Positions 24,929-33,753 of a stretch of DNA of 64,000 bases are shown piece after piece. Numbering within the stretch: position 1 is the first letter of the stretch; every line of letters begins with the position of its first letter. The stretch is from a virus: positions 1 through 64,000 of the IMG/VR virus record IMGVR_UViG_3300037797_000117, one strand, 5' to 3'. The translations under genes and the position numbers were made by a program. The notes under the pieces are model-generated. The model was given only the letters and a program-made list of their open reading frames with translations. It had not been told where the DNA came from and did no database searches.

Positions 24929-27900
24929 ATGGCTACCCCACCGACCCTTGTCGCCGAATCCGAGTCGAACTGGACATCGGTCGCGTCGGGCTCCACCAAG
25001 ACCGCAGCGGTCACCGTGTCCGCCGGCGACGTCCTCGTCGTCTTCGGCGTCACCCCGGAAGCGGCGAACTGCACCCTCGGCACGCCCAGCGGCGGGTCGC
25101 TGACCTACACGCTCCGCCAGTCCAACACGACCGGCTCCAACTGCGCCTCCTACGGGTGGACCGCGGTCGCGTCTACCGGCGCCTCGTTCAACGTGTCGAT
25201 CACCTCCGGCGGCGGCTCCACCGCCATGTGGGGCTTCACCGTCTTCCAGTTCTCCGGATCTACCGGTGTCGGGGCCAGCTCCAAGACGACCAACGTCACC
25301 GGGGCACCGTCGTTGGCGATCACGACGACGGGTGCCAACTCGGCTATCTGCGTCGGGGTCGGCGACTGGAACGCCATCGACGGGGCCAGCCGTACCTGGC
25401 GGACCATCAACTCGGTCACGCCCACCTCCGGGAACACCCTGGAGCGGGTGTACCAGCGCGACGCCTCCTCCATGACGGCGTACGCGGCGTACTGGTCGGA
25501 CAGCGGCGCCACCGGCTCCAAGACGACCGGGCTGTCCGCACCGACCGGGCAGAAGTACAGCGTCGTCGCGATCGAGGTGTTGGGCGCCGACACGGTCGCG
25601 GCCGCCCCGGGCCGGCTGTTCCTGTCCAACGTGGCCGCGCCGTACACCCCGGCGACGAAGCGGGGGGCGTGGGACAGCTCGGCCGCCACCCTGGCCCGGC
25701 ACCTGTCGCCCTACCCCGCCGGGGTTTCGGCCACCGCCGCGGTCGCGGAAACCAACGTCACCAACAACTACGACGTGCTGTTGGGGCGTTGGGTCTCGGG
25801 TCCGGCGCTGCGGGCCGGCACCCTGTCCGGAACGATCGGCTGGGCCCTCGGGGTGGCCGAGTCCAGCACGGCCGCCAACATGCATACCCATCTCCATGCG
25901 TACGTGACCACCGGGGACAGCGACACCGTCCGCGGCACCCTGATGGCCGACATGATCATCACGGCGGAGTGGCCCACCACCGCCGCCGGCCGGCAAGCCG
26001 GCGGGATGGCAATCACGTCGACCGCGGTCCAGGCCGGCGACCGGATCGTCATCGAGATCGGCTACCGGGCCCAGAACACCGTCACGACCAGCTACACCGG
26101 CACCTTGCACTACGGCAACAGCGGCAGCGTCGACATCACCGACGCGGTCACCGCTGTCACCGCCAACCCGGGCTGGGTAGACCTGTCCGGCCTGGCCGGC
26201 CTGTGGTACGACCTGGCCGAAACCCCGACCGACACGTTCGCTGACGGCACCATCGACACCGCGTTGTGGGCACAGAACTACGGCACCGTCAGCGAACCGG
26301 CGCTACGCGCGCAGGTCGCCGTCGCCACCGACCCGGCCGGGCTCGGATCGGGCCGGACCTACAACCTGCAAGGGTCGTACGCCCACACCCAGATGACCAC
26401 GGTGCCGGCGGCATCGACCGCGGCGTCGGCCATCTCGGAGTTCTCGGTCGGACACCCGTACGGTTCGGCGGCCTGGCGGTTCGACGCCGTAACAGGAAAC
26501 CTGTCGGCCCGCCTCGACGGCGGAGTCGTATCCGACACGTTCACCCGGACCGTGTCCAACGGATGGTCAACAGCCGAAACCGGTCAGGTATGGACCGTCG
26601 ACGCCGGCCCGACGTCGGACTACTCCACCACCGGCGGCCGCGGCCGCATGGTCATGTCAGCCGACGGATCCGACCGGGTCATCCGACTCGACTCCGGCGG
26701 CACCAACCTCGACGTGTTCGTCACCAGGATCGCGCTCAACGCGTTGCCGACCGGGAACAACATCGAACACGGCATCCGGCTGCGGTACATCGACTCGGCC
26801 AACTTCTGCGAAGCCCGCATCTTCGCCACCACCGGCAACGCGTACACGGTGCAGGTCCGGCAGTTCCTCGCCGGCGCCGAAACCGGGTCCGGGTTCATCG
26901 GGGTATCCGGGGCGACCGCCACGTCGGCGTTGTCGCTGCGGGTCCAGGCCACCGGCACCACCTTGCAGGCCCGGGTATGGATCAACGGTGCCGGCGAGCC
27001 CGGTACCTGGACGGCGTCCATGACGACCGGGGTGACCGCGGCCGGGACCATCCGGTTCGCGGGGCTCCGCAACCTGGGCAACACCAACACCAACCCGTAC
27101 TGGGAGCTCGACGACCTGGTCGTCACCGACCTGGACGGGTCGGACACCCCGACGTCGATCGCGTACAACGCCACGACGCACCGGTGGCTGCGTATCCGGG
27201 AAGGGGCCGCAGCTGGCGGCTCCACCGGCAACCTGTACTGGGACACCAGCCCGGACCGGGTGACGTGGACCAACCGGCGTTCGGTGGTCTCACCGACGTG
27301 GATGCGGTTCAAGGACCACCAGATCGAACTGCGGGGCTGGCGTAACGCCGGCACCGCAGACGTCGCCCAGTTCGGGTCGTTGAACACGGGCAACATCCTT
27401 GCCGGCGCAATCGCGGACACCGCCACCGCCGGAGACGGGGCTGCCCGGCAGCTTGCGCTGCCCCGCGCAGACGGCGAGGCCGTCACGGCGGGCGACGCCG
27501 CCGGACGCACGTCGGCCCGGTCCCGGGCGGTCGCCGACACGGTGACCGCGGCTGACGCGGCCGGCCGCGCGGTGGCCCGGTCGGTAGGCGACGCGGAAAC
27601 GGTCACGGCCGGCGACGCCGCCGGGCGGGCGTTGGTCCTGCCCCGTGCCGACGGGGAAACCGTCACCGCCGGTGATGGGGCTGGCCGGGTAGTGGCCCTG
27701 GCCGCTGCCGATTCGGAAACGGTGACGGCCGGCGACTCTGCCGGACGCGGCGTGGCGCTGTCGGTCGGTGACGCGGAAACCGTCACCGCGGGCGACGCGG
27801 CGACGCGGGCATTGGTCCTGCCCCGCACCGACGGGGAACCGGTTGCGGCCGCAGACTCTGCTGTCCGGGTAGTGGCCCGGTCCGGCGCGGTCGCTGACAC

Positions 27901-29614
27901 GGTCACCGTGGCTGATGCGGCCGGCCGGGCGGTGGCCCGGTCGGTGGCAGATGCGGAAACGGTGACGGCTGCGGACGCTGCGGGGCGGGCACTGGCCCTG
28001 CCGCGTGCTGCTGCGGACGCGGTCACTGCGGGCGATGCGGTGGGCAGGGCGGCGCAGTCCCTGGTCCGCGCCGATGGGGAAGCGGTCACCGTTGCTGACG
28101 CGGCGGACCGGTCGGCGCAGGCTCTGGCCCGTGCCGACGGTGAGACTGTCACCGCCGCCGACGCGGCCACGCAGGTGGCCGCTCGAGCGCGGGCCGCCGC
28201 TGACAGTGTCGCCGCTGCTGACAGTGTCACCGGCGGTGCCAGCATGGTCGGCGCCGTCGCGGACACGGCTACCGTCGCTGACGGGGCCGCCCGCGCGGCG
28301 ACAGTGTGGTCCCGGACCGATGGGGAAGCTGTTTCCGCCGCCGACACGGTGGCGCGGGCAGCGACCGGATGGGTTCGGGCCGACACCGAAACTGTGACGG
28401 CCTCCGACGTGGCGGCGGCAGCCGCTGCCCGGTCCCGGTCCGTCGCGGACACGGTGGCAGCAGCCGACACCACCGCCAGGGCCGCGGTGGCGGCCCGCGC
28501 GGTGGCCGACACCGCCGCGGGTGCCGACGCGGCAGCCCGGCTGGTGGCAGCGGCCCGCGCGGTCGCCGACACGGTTTCCGCCGCCGACACGGTGGCGGGA
28601 GGGTCAGCGTCGGCCGTGCAGGGCAGCGACACGGTTGCTGTTGTTGACGGCGCTGCCCGGCTGTTCGCCGCGATCGTTGGTGCCGCCGACACGGTGGCAT
28701 GCGCGGATGCGGCGGGCCGGGCAGCGACGTCGGCGTCACGGGAACCCGCAGAGACGGTCACAGCGGTCGACGCGGCGTTCGGCGGCAGCGTCCAAGGCGC
28801 GTCGGCGGCCGCCACGGTCACCGCCGCCGACGTGGTGGCCGCCTCGGGGTTCCACCATGCCCGGATCGTGCCGCAACCTGTGACGGTGGCCGACACGTCG
28901 GCGGCCGTGCGGGCGATGGCTCGGGCGGTAGCCGACGCGGTCAGCTTGGCCGACCAGGTATTCGGCGGATCGTTGGCGGCCTCGGCAGGCTCGGACACGG
29001 TGCTGGTCGCTGACGCAGCCGGTGCTGTCCGGGTGTTCGGTCGGGCCCCGGCGAACACGGCGAACACCGCCGACGCAGCGGCCAGGACGTTGGTGTTCGG
29101 GCGTGGCCCGGCCGACACGGTTGCAGCCTCGGATGTGCTGCTCGGCGGGTCGTTGGCCGCTGCCGCCGGCGCTGCCGCCGTCTCGGTCGGCGATTCCACC
29201 AGCGTGGTACGGGTGTTCGCCCGGGCGTCGGCGAACACGGCGAACACGGCCGATGTGGTGGCCGTTGTCAGGGTGTTGTCCCGGGCAACAGGTGACAACG
29301 TGGCGGTGGCCGACGCCGCCGCCGGCGGTCGCGCGTTCGCCGCGGCCGTCATCGCCGCGGTCACCGTCGCCGACCAGGCAGCCCGCGCTGTTGCGCAGGC
29401 CCGGTTCCTGGCCGACGCGGCGGCGTTCCTCGACGTGGTCGCCGGCAGCCTCGACACGGTTCCGATTCAGCCGTCCCAGACGGTGACCGTTGTCGTCGAC
29501 TCGTACGAATCCACCGTTCCTGTCCCCACCGCCGGATCGGTTGTGCCGGTCGAATCCGGCGGCGGAACCATCGTGGTGGTTCCATCCCGGCGGGTCACCG
29601 TCGCAATCACCTGA
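24929..29614 (+). CDS. Giant fibre-like virion protein: beta-rich domains plus an Ala-rich repeat shaft
   Basis: 1561 aa. Thr/Gly/Trp-rich N-half, then ~20-aa A(D/E)TVTA.DAA.R repeats. Confidence 0.75.
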   Translation: MATPPTLVAESESNWTSVASGSTKTAAVTVSAGDVLVVFGVTPEAANCTLGTPSGGSLTYTLRQSNTTGSNCASYGWTAVASTGASFNVSITSGGGSTAMWGFTVFQFSGSTGVGASSKTTNVTGAPSLAITTTGANSAICVGVGDWNAIDGASRTWRTINSVTPTSGNTLERVYQRDASSMTAYAAYWSDSGATGSKTTGLSAPTGQKYSVVAIEVLGADTVAAAPGRLFLSNVAAPYTPATKRGAWDSSAATLARHLSPYPAGVSATAAVAETNVTNNYDVLLGRWVSGPALRAGTLSGTIGWALGVAESSTAANMHTHLHAYVTTGDSDTVRGTLMADMIITAEWPTTAAGRQAGGMAITSTAVQAGDRIVIEIGYRAQNTVTTSYTGTLHYGNSGSVDITDAVTAVTANPGWVDLSGLAGLWYDLAETPTDTFADGTIDTALWAQNYGTVSEPALRAQVAVATDPAGLGSGRTYNLQGSYAHTQMTTVPAASTAASAISEFSVGHPYGSAAWRFDAVTGNLSARLDGGVVSDTFTRTVSNGWSTAETGQVWTVDAGPTSDYSTTGGRGRMVMSADGSDRVIRLDSGGTNLDVFVTRIALNALPTGNNIEHGIRLRYIDSANFCEARIFATTGNAYTVQVRQFLAGAETGSGFIGVSGATATSALSLRVQATGTTLQARVWINGAGEPGTWTASMTTGVTAAGTIRFAGLRNLGNTNTNPYWELDDLVVTDLDGSDTPTSIAYNATTHRWLRIREGAAAGGSTGNLYWDTSPDRVTWTNRRSVVSPTWMRFKDHQIELRGWRNAGTADVAQFGSLNTGNILAGAIADTATAGDGAARQLALPRADGEAVTAGDAAGRTSARSRAVADTVTAADAAGRAVARSVGDAETVTAGDAAGRALVLPRADGETVTAGDGAGRVVALAAADSETVTAGDSAGRGVALSVGDAETVTAGDAATRALVLPRTDGEPVAAADSAVRVVARSGAVADTVTVADAAGRAVARSVADAETVTAADAAGRALALPRAAADAVTAGDAVGRAAQSLVRADGEAVTVADAADRSAQALARADGETVTAADAATQVAARARAAADSVAAADSVTGGASMVGAVADTATVADGAARAATVWSRTDGEAVSAADTVARAATGWVRADTETVTASDVAAAAAARSRSVADTVAAADTTARAAVAARAVADTAAGADAAARLVAAARAVADTVSAADTVAGGSASAVQGSDTVAVVDGAARLFAAIVGAADTVACADAAGRAATSASREPAETVTAVDAAFGGSVQGASAAATVTAADVVAASGFHHARIVPQPVTVADTSAAVRAMARAVADAVSLADQVFGGSLAASAGSDTVLVADAAGAVRVFGRAPANTANTADAAARTLVFGRGPADTVAASDVLLGGSLAAAAGAAAVSVGDSTSVVRVFARASANTANTADVVAVVRVLSRATGDNVAVADAAAGGRAFAAAVIAAVTVADQAARAVAQARFLADAAAFLDVVAGSLDTVPIQPSQTVTVVVDSYESTVPVPTAGSVVPVESGGGTIVVVPSRRVTVAIT
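27400..29450 (+). repeat. Coding tandem repeats (~60-bp period, degenerate)
   Basis: Recurrent gccgacacggtgaccgc.g..gacgc units. Confidence 0.8.
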
Positions 29615-29628
29615 AGCAGGGGGGTGCC

Positions 29629-30315
29629 GTGACCACCGTCGACGTCGGAGACGCATTCGAGATCGTGTTTACGACCACGACCGGGGCCACCGTGCTCCGG
29701 TCGTGGTACGACCCGGACGACGTGCCCGTCGTCGAGTTGGAACCGATCGTGGAAGACCCGCCCGGGTCCGGCCGGTTCCCGTACACGTTCCAGGCGACCG
29801 CGCCGGGTGTGTGGACCGCGCGGGTCACCGTGTCCGGTGCCGCCACCGGGGTCGAGGAACACCACGTGTACGCCCGGGCCGTGCCGCAGGTCAAACCCCT
29901 CGCTGTGATCGGGCACGTCGTCGACCAGTACGGGGCGTTGACGGCGGCGCAGGAAAGCCTGGTCAGGTCGTTGCTGCGGGCGGCGTCGGCGATGATCCGG
30001 GCCAGAATCCCATCCGTGGACACGATGATCGCCGACGGGCGGCTCGACCCGGACCTGGTCGCGCTCGCCGCAACCAACATGATCCTCCGCATTCTGCGGA
30101 ACCCCGGCGGTCTGCGATCGAAGACGGTCGGCCCGTTCTCCTACACCTACGACACCCGCTACGCCGCCGGGCAGCTTGTGTTCGGCATCGACGACCTGGC
30201 GTTGCTGACCCCGGTCGTGGTCGACCCGGCGCTGGCACCGTTCCCGGTCGGCACCGCGTGGCTCCGCCCGGGCCTGGCACCACTGCCGTACGGGATCGAC
30301 CGTGGCTGGATTTGA
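29629..30315 (+). CDS. Head-to-tail adaptor with an N-terminal extra domain
   Basis: LLRAASAMIR.RIP...MILRILRNPGGLRS.TVGPFSYTY. Confidence 0.85.
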   Translation: MTTVDVGDAFEIVFTTTTGATVLRSWYDPDDVPVVELEPIVEDPPGSGRFPYTFQATAPGVWTARVTVSGAATGVEEHHVYARAVPQVKPLAVIGHVVDQYGALTAAQESLVRSLLRAASAMIRARIPSVDTMIADGRLDPDLVALAATNMILRILRNPGGLRSKTVGPFSYTYDTRYAAGQLVFGIDDLALLTPVVVDPALAPFPVGTAWLRPGLAPLPYGIDRGWI

Positions 30316-30610
30316 CGAAGAGTCGGTCGTGGTTGTCCGCCCGGCCGGCGTCGACGAGTTCGGCGACGAAGTCCCCGGCGTGACCGAGTTCGCTGTTGCC
30401 GGGTGCCTGTTCGCGCCGGGCAGCTCCGACGAAGGCGGGTTCGGCACCAACCAGGTCGTCACCGACGGCGCCGTGTACGGCCCGGTCGGGATGGACGTCG
30501 AAGCCACCGACCGGATCCGGATCCGGGGCGACCTGTACGTCGTGGTCGGGTTCCCGCAGCGGTGGGGTCCGGAAGGAACCGTCGTCGCCGTGCGCCGCTA
30601 CACCGGTTGA
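30302..30610 (+). CDS. Head-to-tail stopper
   Basis: D.FGD...GC.FAP...VYGP.G.DV.ATDRIRIRG..Y.VVG.P..W. Confidence 0.85.
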   Translation: MAGFDEESVVVVRPAGVDEFGDEVPGVTEFAVAGCLFAPGSSDEGGFGTNQVVTDGAVYGPVGMDVEATDRIRIRGDLYVVVGFPQRWGPEGTVVAVRRYTG

Positions 30611-30623
30611 AAGGTGGTGGACG

Positions 30624-31046
30624 GTGGCTCCTCGAGCGGGCCGTGGGAAGCGTGTCTACACCGGGATCCACGTCACCGTCCACTTCGACCTGGACCGGCA
30701 GGGGATCAAGCTCCTTGCGGTCAGTCCGCAGGTCGGTGACGGGGTCGAGGATTTCGTCAAGACCAAGTTGAAGCCGTACGCGAGGTCGATTTCGCCGCGG
30801 TCGCGGCGTAACGAGGCCGGCCACATCCACTACCAGGACGCGTTCGAGACGGACCGGGTCATCACCGGTGCCCCACCGGCCGCCGAAATCATCGGCAGGC
30901 CCCCCATGCGTCGTGTCGGGGTGCGGCTTCTCAACGTCGCCCCCCACGCCGCCGCTGTCGAATTCGGCAACCGTGGCCGCAAATCGCACCGGGTGCTGGG
31001 GAAAACCCTGGCCCGGTTCAACCGGCCGTTCCGCGACCCGTTCTGA
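30624..31046 (+). CDS. Neck protein (HK97 gp10-like)
   Basis: ARSISP...Y...PHAAAVEFG...HRVLGK, plus position. Confidence 0.7.
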   Translation: MAPRAGRGKRVYTGIHVTVHFDLDRQGIKLLAVSPQVGDGVEDFVKTKLKPYARSISPRSRRNEAGHIHYQDAFETDRVITGAPPAAEIIGRPPMRRVGVRLLNVAPHAAAVEFGNRGRKSHRVLGKTLARFNRPFRDPF

Positions 31047-31075
31047 CCGATTCTCGTTGCGGAGGGCGGTGACCG

Positions 31076-31468
31076 GTGCCCGGACCGACCCGCCGATACC
31101 CGGATGTGCAGCGCCTCCTGGTTGTCCAGCTCGCGGACATCGTCGGGGCCGGCCGCGTCGCGGTGCAAACCCCGAACGACCTGGAACAGGTACTGCCGTT
31201 CGTGCGGGTCATGCGGATCGGCGGCGGCCGTGACTGGGTCAACGACATGGCAACCGTCGACGTTGACGTGTTCGCCGCGTCGTACACGGCCGCTGAGGTC
31301 CTCGCGACGCAGATCGACGACTGGTTGTGTGGCCCGCCACCCGGCCCGGCCGAACTGGACCGGGTGATCTGCGAGGTCGCGCCGCGGGAGTTGCCGTGGT
31401 CCGACCTGGTCAGCGTGCGCCGCTGGGCGTCGACCTACCAGGTGGTGTCCCGCCGCCGGGCGGCCTAA
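31076..31468 (+). CDS. Tail terminator
   Basis: P.DL...LPFVRV.RIGG...ATVDVDVFA. Confidence 0.85.
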   Translation: MPGPTRRYPDVQRLLVVQLADIVGAGRVAVQTPNDLEQVLPFVRVMRIGGGRDWVNDMATVDVDVFAASYTAAEVLATQIDDWLCGPPPGPAELDRVICEVAPRELPWSDLVSVRRWASTYQVVSRRRAA

Positions 31469-31587
31469 CCCCTTTTTTCCCGAAGACCACTCTCCGCGCC
31501 GGCTGGGCGCGGGGGTGACGCCCACCCGCGTCATAACCCTCCCGCCCCGCCACGGGGCCTTGTCTGCCTCGAACGAAAGGGGCGCTC

Positions 31588-32562
31588 GTGCCTTACTCGA
31601 CTCTTCGGGATAAGAAGAACGAACTTATCCGCAAAGCGCGTGATGGATCGGTTTTCATCAGCGCGTTCAGCGCTGACGGCATCACGGACCTGACCACCGG
31701 TACCCCGACCAACGAGGTCCAGACCGCGACGATCACGGGTACCCCGACCGGTGGCAACTTCCGGCTGACCTACTCCGGGCAGCAGACCGCGACGATCCTG
31801 TTCGACGCGGTGGCTGGTGCGGTGCAGACCGCCCTGGAGGCCTTGTCCAACATTGGTGCCGGCAACGTCTCGGTCACCGGCGGCCCCGGCCCCGGCACCC
31901 CATACGTGATCACGTTCCAGGGGGACCTGTCCGGTACCGACGTCGCGCTGATCACGGCGACGCACACCTTCACCGGTGGCACCTCGCCGGACATTGCCGT
32001 GGTGTCGACCACGCCCGGCTCCGGGATCGACCTGAGCCCGTTGCCGTCCGGGTGGGAAGACCTGGGCTGGTGCTCGACGGATGGCGTCACCTACGGCCGC
32101 GAAACCGAGGTCAGCGAGGTCAACTCGTTCGGGTCGACCGAGCCGACCCGGGCAGACATCACCTCCGACACGATCACCATGTCTGTGACCGCTCAGGAGA
32201 CTCGTCTCCTCACGGTCGGGTTGTACACCGGTGCCGATACGGCCGGTCTGGTTGCTGACGCGACGACGGGTGAGTTCTCCATCGCCAAGCCGTCCACGCC
32301 GGGGTTCCGCTACTACCGGGTGCTGGGTTTGTTCGTGGACCGGGACGACAACGGTCGGGAAATCTTCATCGCCCGGTACATGCCAAGGGCGCGAATCACC
32401 GAATTCGGCGAGCAACAGTACCAGTCGGGCGAAGACCCCGTCTCGTACAACATGACCTTTACGGGCTTTGAGGACAGCGTGGTCGGATATAGCCATCGGT
32501 GGATCTTCGGCGGACCGGGCTGGTTCCCGCTTCTCGCCACCATGGGCATCCCCACCGCCTAA
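31588..32562 (+). CDS. Major tail protein
   Basis: LIRKARDGSVF...GWEDLGW...DG..YGRE..VSEV.SFG..EPTR.DI. Confidence 0.9.
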   Translation: MPYSTLRDKKNELIRKARDGSVFISAFSADGITDLTTGTPTNEVQTATITGTPTGGNFRLTYSGQQTATILFDAVAGAVQTALEALSNIGAGNVSVTGGPGPGTPYVITFQGDLSGTDVALITATHTFTGGTSPDIAVVSTTPGSGIDLSPLPSGWEDLGWCSTDGVTYGRETEVSEVNSFGSTEPTRADITSDTITMSVTAQETRLLTVGLYTGADTAGLVADATTGEFSIAKPSTPGFRYYRVLGLFVDRDDNGREIFIARYMPRARITEFGEQQYQSGEDPVSYNMTFTGFEDSVVGYSHRWIFGGPGWFPLLATMGIPTA

Positions 32563-32652
32563 CCCTTCTTCGTCGGCCAGGGCAGCCCAACGCGGGCGGC
32601 TGCCCTGGCCTTCCTTCCGCACGCCCGCTCCAACGCCGAAGGAGATCCACCG

Positions 32653-32844
32653 GTGGCCCGCAAGATCAAGCCCAAGACTTTCGTGCGCGACGGCGAGGTC
32701 GCCTACGCGTACACCCCTGCCGACGAAGTCGGATTCGTCTACAACGGCTGGCGCGAGCAGAAGCCACCGCCGCCCGCCCCGGCCGCCGACAACACCGGCA
32801 ACGCCGACAAGCCGAAGCCCGCGCCCAAGAAGGCCGCCGGCTAG
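32653..32844 (+). CDS. Small hypothetical protein
   Basis: AAGGAG RBS. Confidence 0.65.
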   Translation: MARKIKPKTFVRDGEVAYAYTPADEVGFVYNGWREQKPPPPAPAADNTGNADKPKPAPKKAAG

Positions 32845-32968
32845 CGACGGCTGCACACAGACGGTCGGGGCGGCGTTCTGGGTGGGCACGCCGCCCCGAC
32901 CTTTCCCTTTCCCGGATCCGCCCGCCCCTCACCAACCCGACTCTTCAACCGAAGGAGCCCACCCGCTC

Positions 32969-33283
32969 ATGAGTAACACCATCGACGACAACCCGGCATT
33001 GGACCTAGACAAGCTCGAACGTGAAGGCGCACCCAAGCCGTTCGACTTCGTCCTGGACGGCCACCGGTACCTCATGTCCGACCCGCAGGAAGTCGACTGG
33101 CAGGACATGCTTGCCGCGTTGCAGAACCCGGTCATGTTCTTCCGGCTCGTGCTGCCCGCCGACGACCAGCAGCAGTTCTTCCGGACCAAGCTGCCGGCCT
33201 GGCGGATGAACAAACTCATGCAGGCCTACCAGGACCACTACGGGCTGCCGAGCGCGGGAAATGTCGGCGGCTTGCCGCGCTGA
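32969..33283 (+). CDS. Tail assembly chaperone (short form)
   Basis: AAGGAG RBS, LDLDKLERE...PF.F, lies between the tail protein and TMP. Confidence 0.85.
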   Translation: MSNTIDDNPALDLDKLEREGAPKPFDFVLDGHRYLMSDPQEVDWQDMLAALQNPVMFFRLVLPADDQQQFFRTKLPAWRMNKLMQAYQDHYGLPSAGNVGGLPR

Positions 33284-33735
33284 TCGCCCGGTACGGCAAA
33301 GCCCTCGAGTACGACCTGCTGAACCTGCCGGCCCGGCTCGACCTGGCCACCGAATGGCGGTCCCGGCGATGGCGCCGCCTGCTCAACATCATCGACCAGC
33401 TTCCCCGTAACTCCCGTTACGTCGAAGCCCGGTTCGAGGACGAACAGATGGCCGAGGCGTACGTCGAGTACGGCCCTGCCGAAGACAAGTCGGCGCCGGG
33501 ACGGCGCATGTCGGACTGGTCTGCGCAGACCGAGTTGCTGACCGCGATCCTTAACCGGCTCGGTGAGATGACCCAGGCGTTGGCGTCCCTCGGTGGTGCG
33601 AAACCCCGCCCGGTCCCGCCGGCGCCGGTGCCGGTCGGTGCGTTGGAGAAGGTCCGCAACCGGCGCCGCCTTCAGAAACACAAGTCGCTGGTTGCCCGGC
33701 TGCTACCCAACCGCGGGCCCGATCCCCGTTCCTGA
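33256..33735 (+). CDS. Tail assembly chaperone -1 frameshift extension
   Basis: G GGA AAT slippery site at 33256-33262. The -1 frame reads LIARYGKALEYDL...LLNIIDQLPRNS. Confidence 0.8.
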   Translation, partial: GKCRRLAALIARYGKALEYDLLNLPARLDLATEWRSRRWRRLLNIIDQLPRNSRYVEARFEDEQMAEAYVEYGPAEDKSAPGRRMSDWSAQTELLTAILNRLGEMTQALASLGGAKPRPVPPAPVPVGALEKVRNRRRLQKHKSLVARLLPNRGPDPRS

Positions 33736-33753
33736 CGGAGAGGGGCCCGCCGC

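Noticed and set aside
26620-29457. 945-aa minus-strand ORF, and similar long ones such as 35485-38169, 16095-18242 (except its last 80 aa) and 19937-21904
   Set aside because: Antisense shadows of real high-GC genes, with no motifs or RBS.
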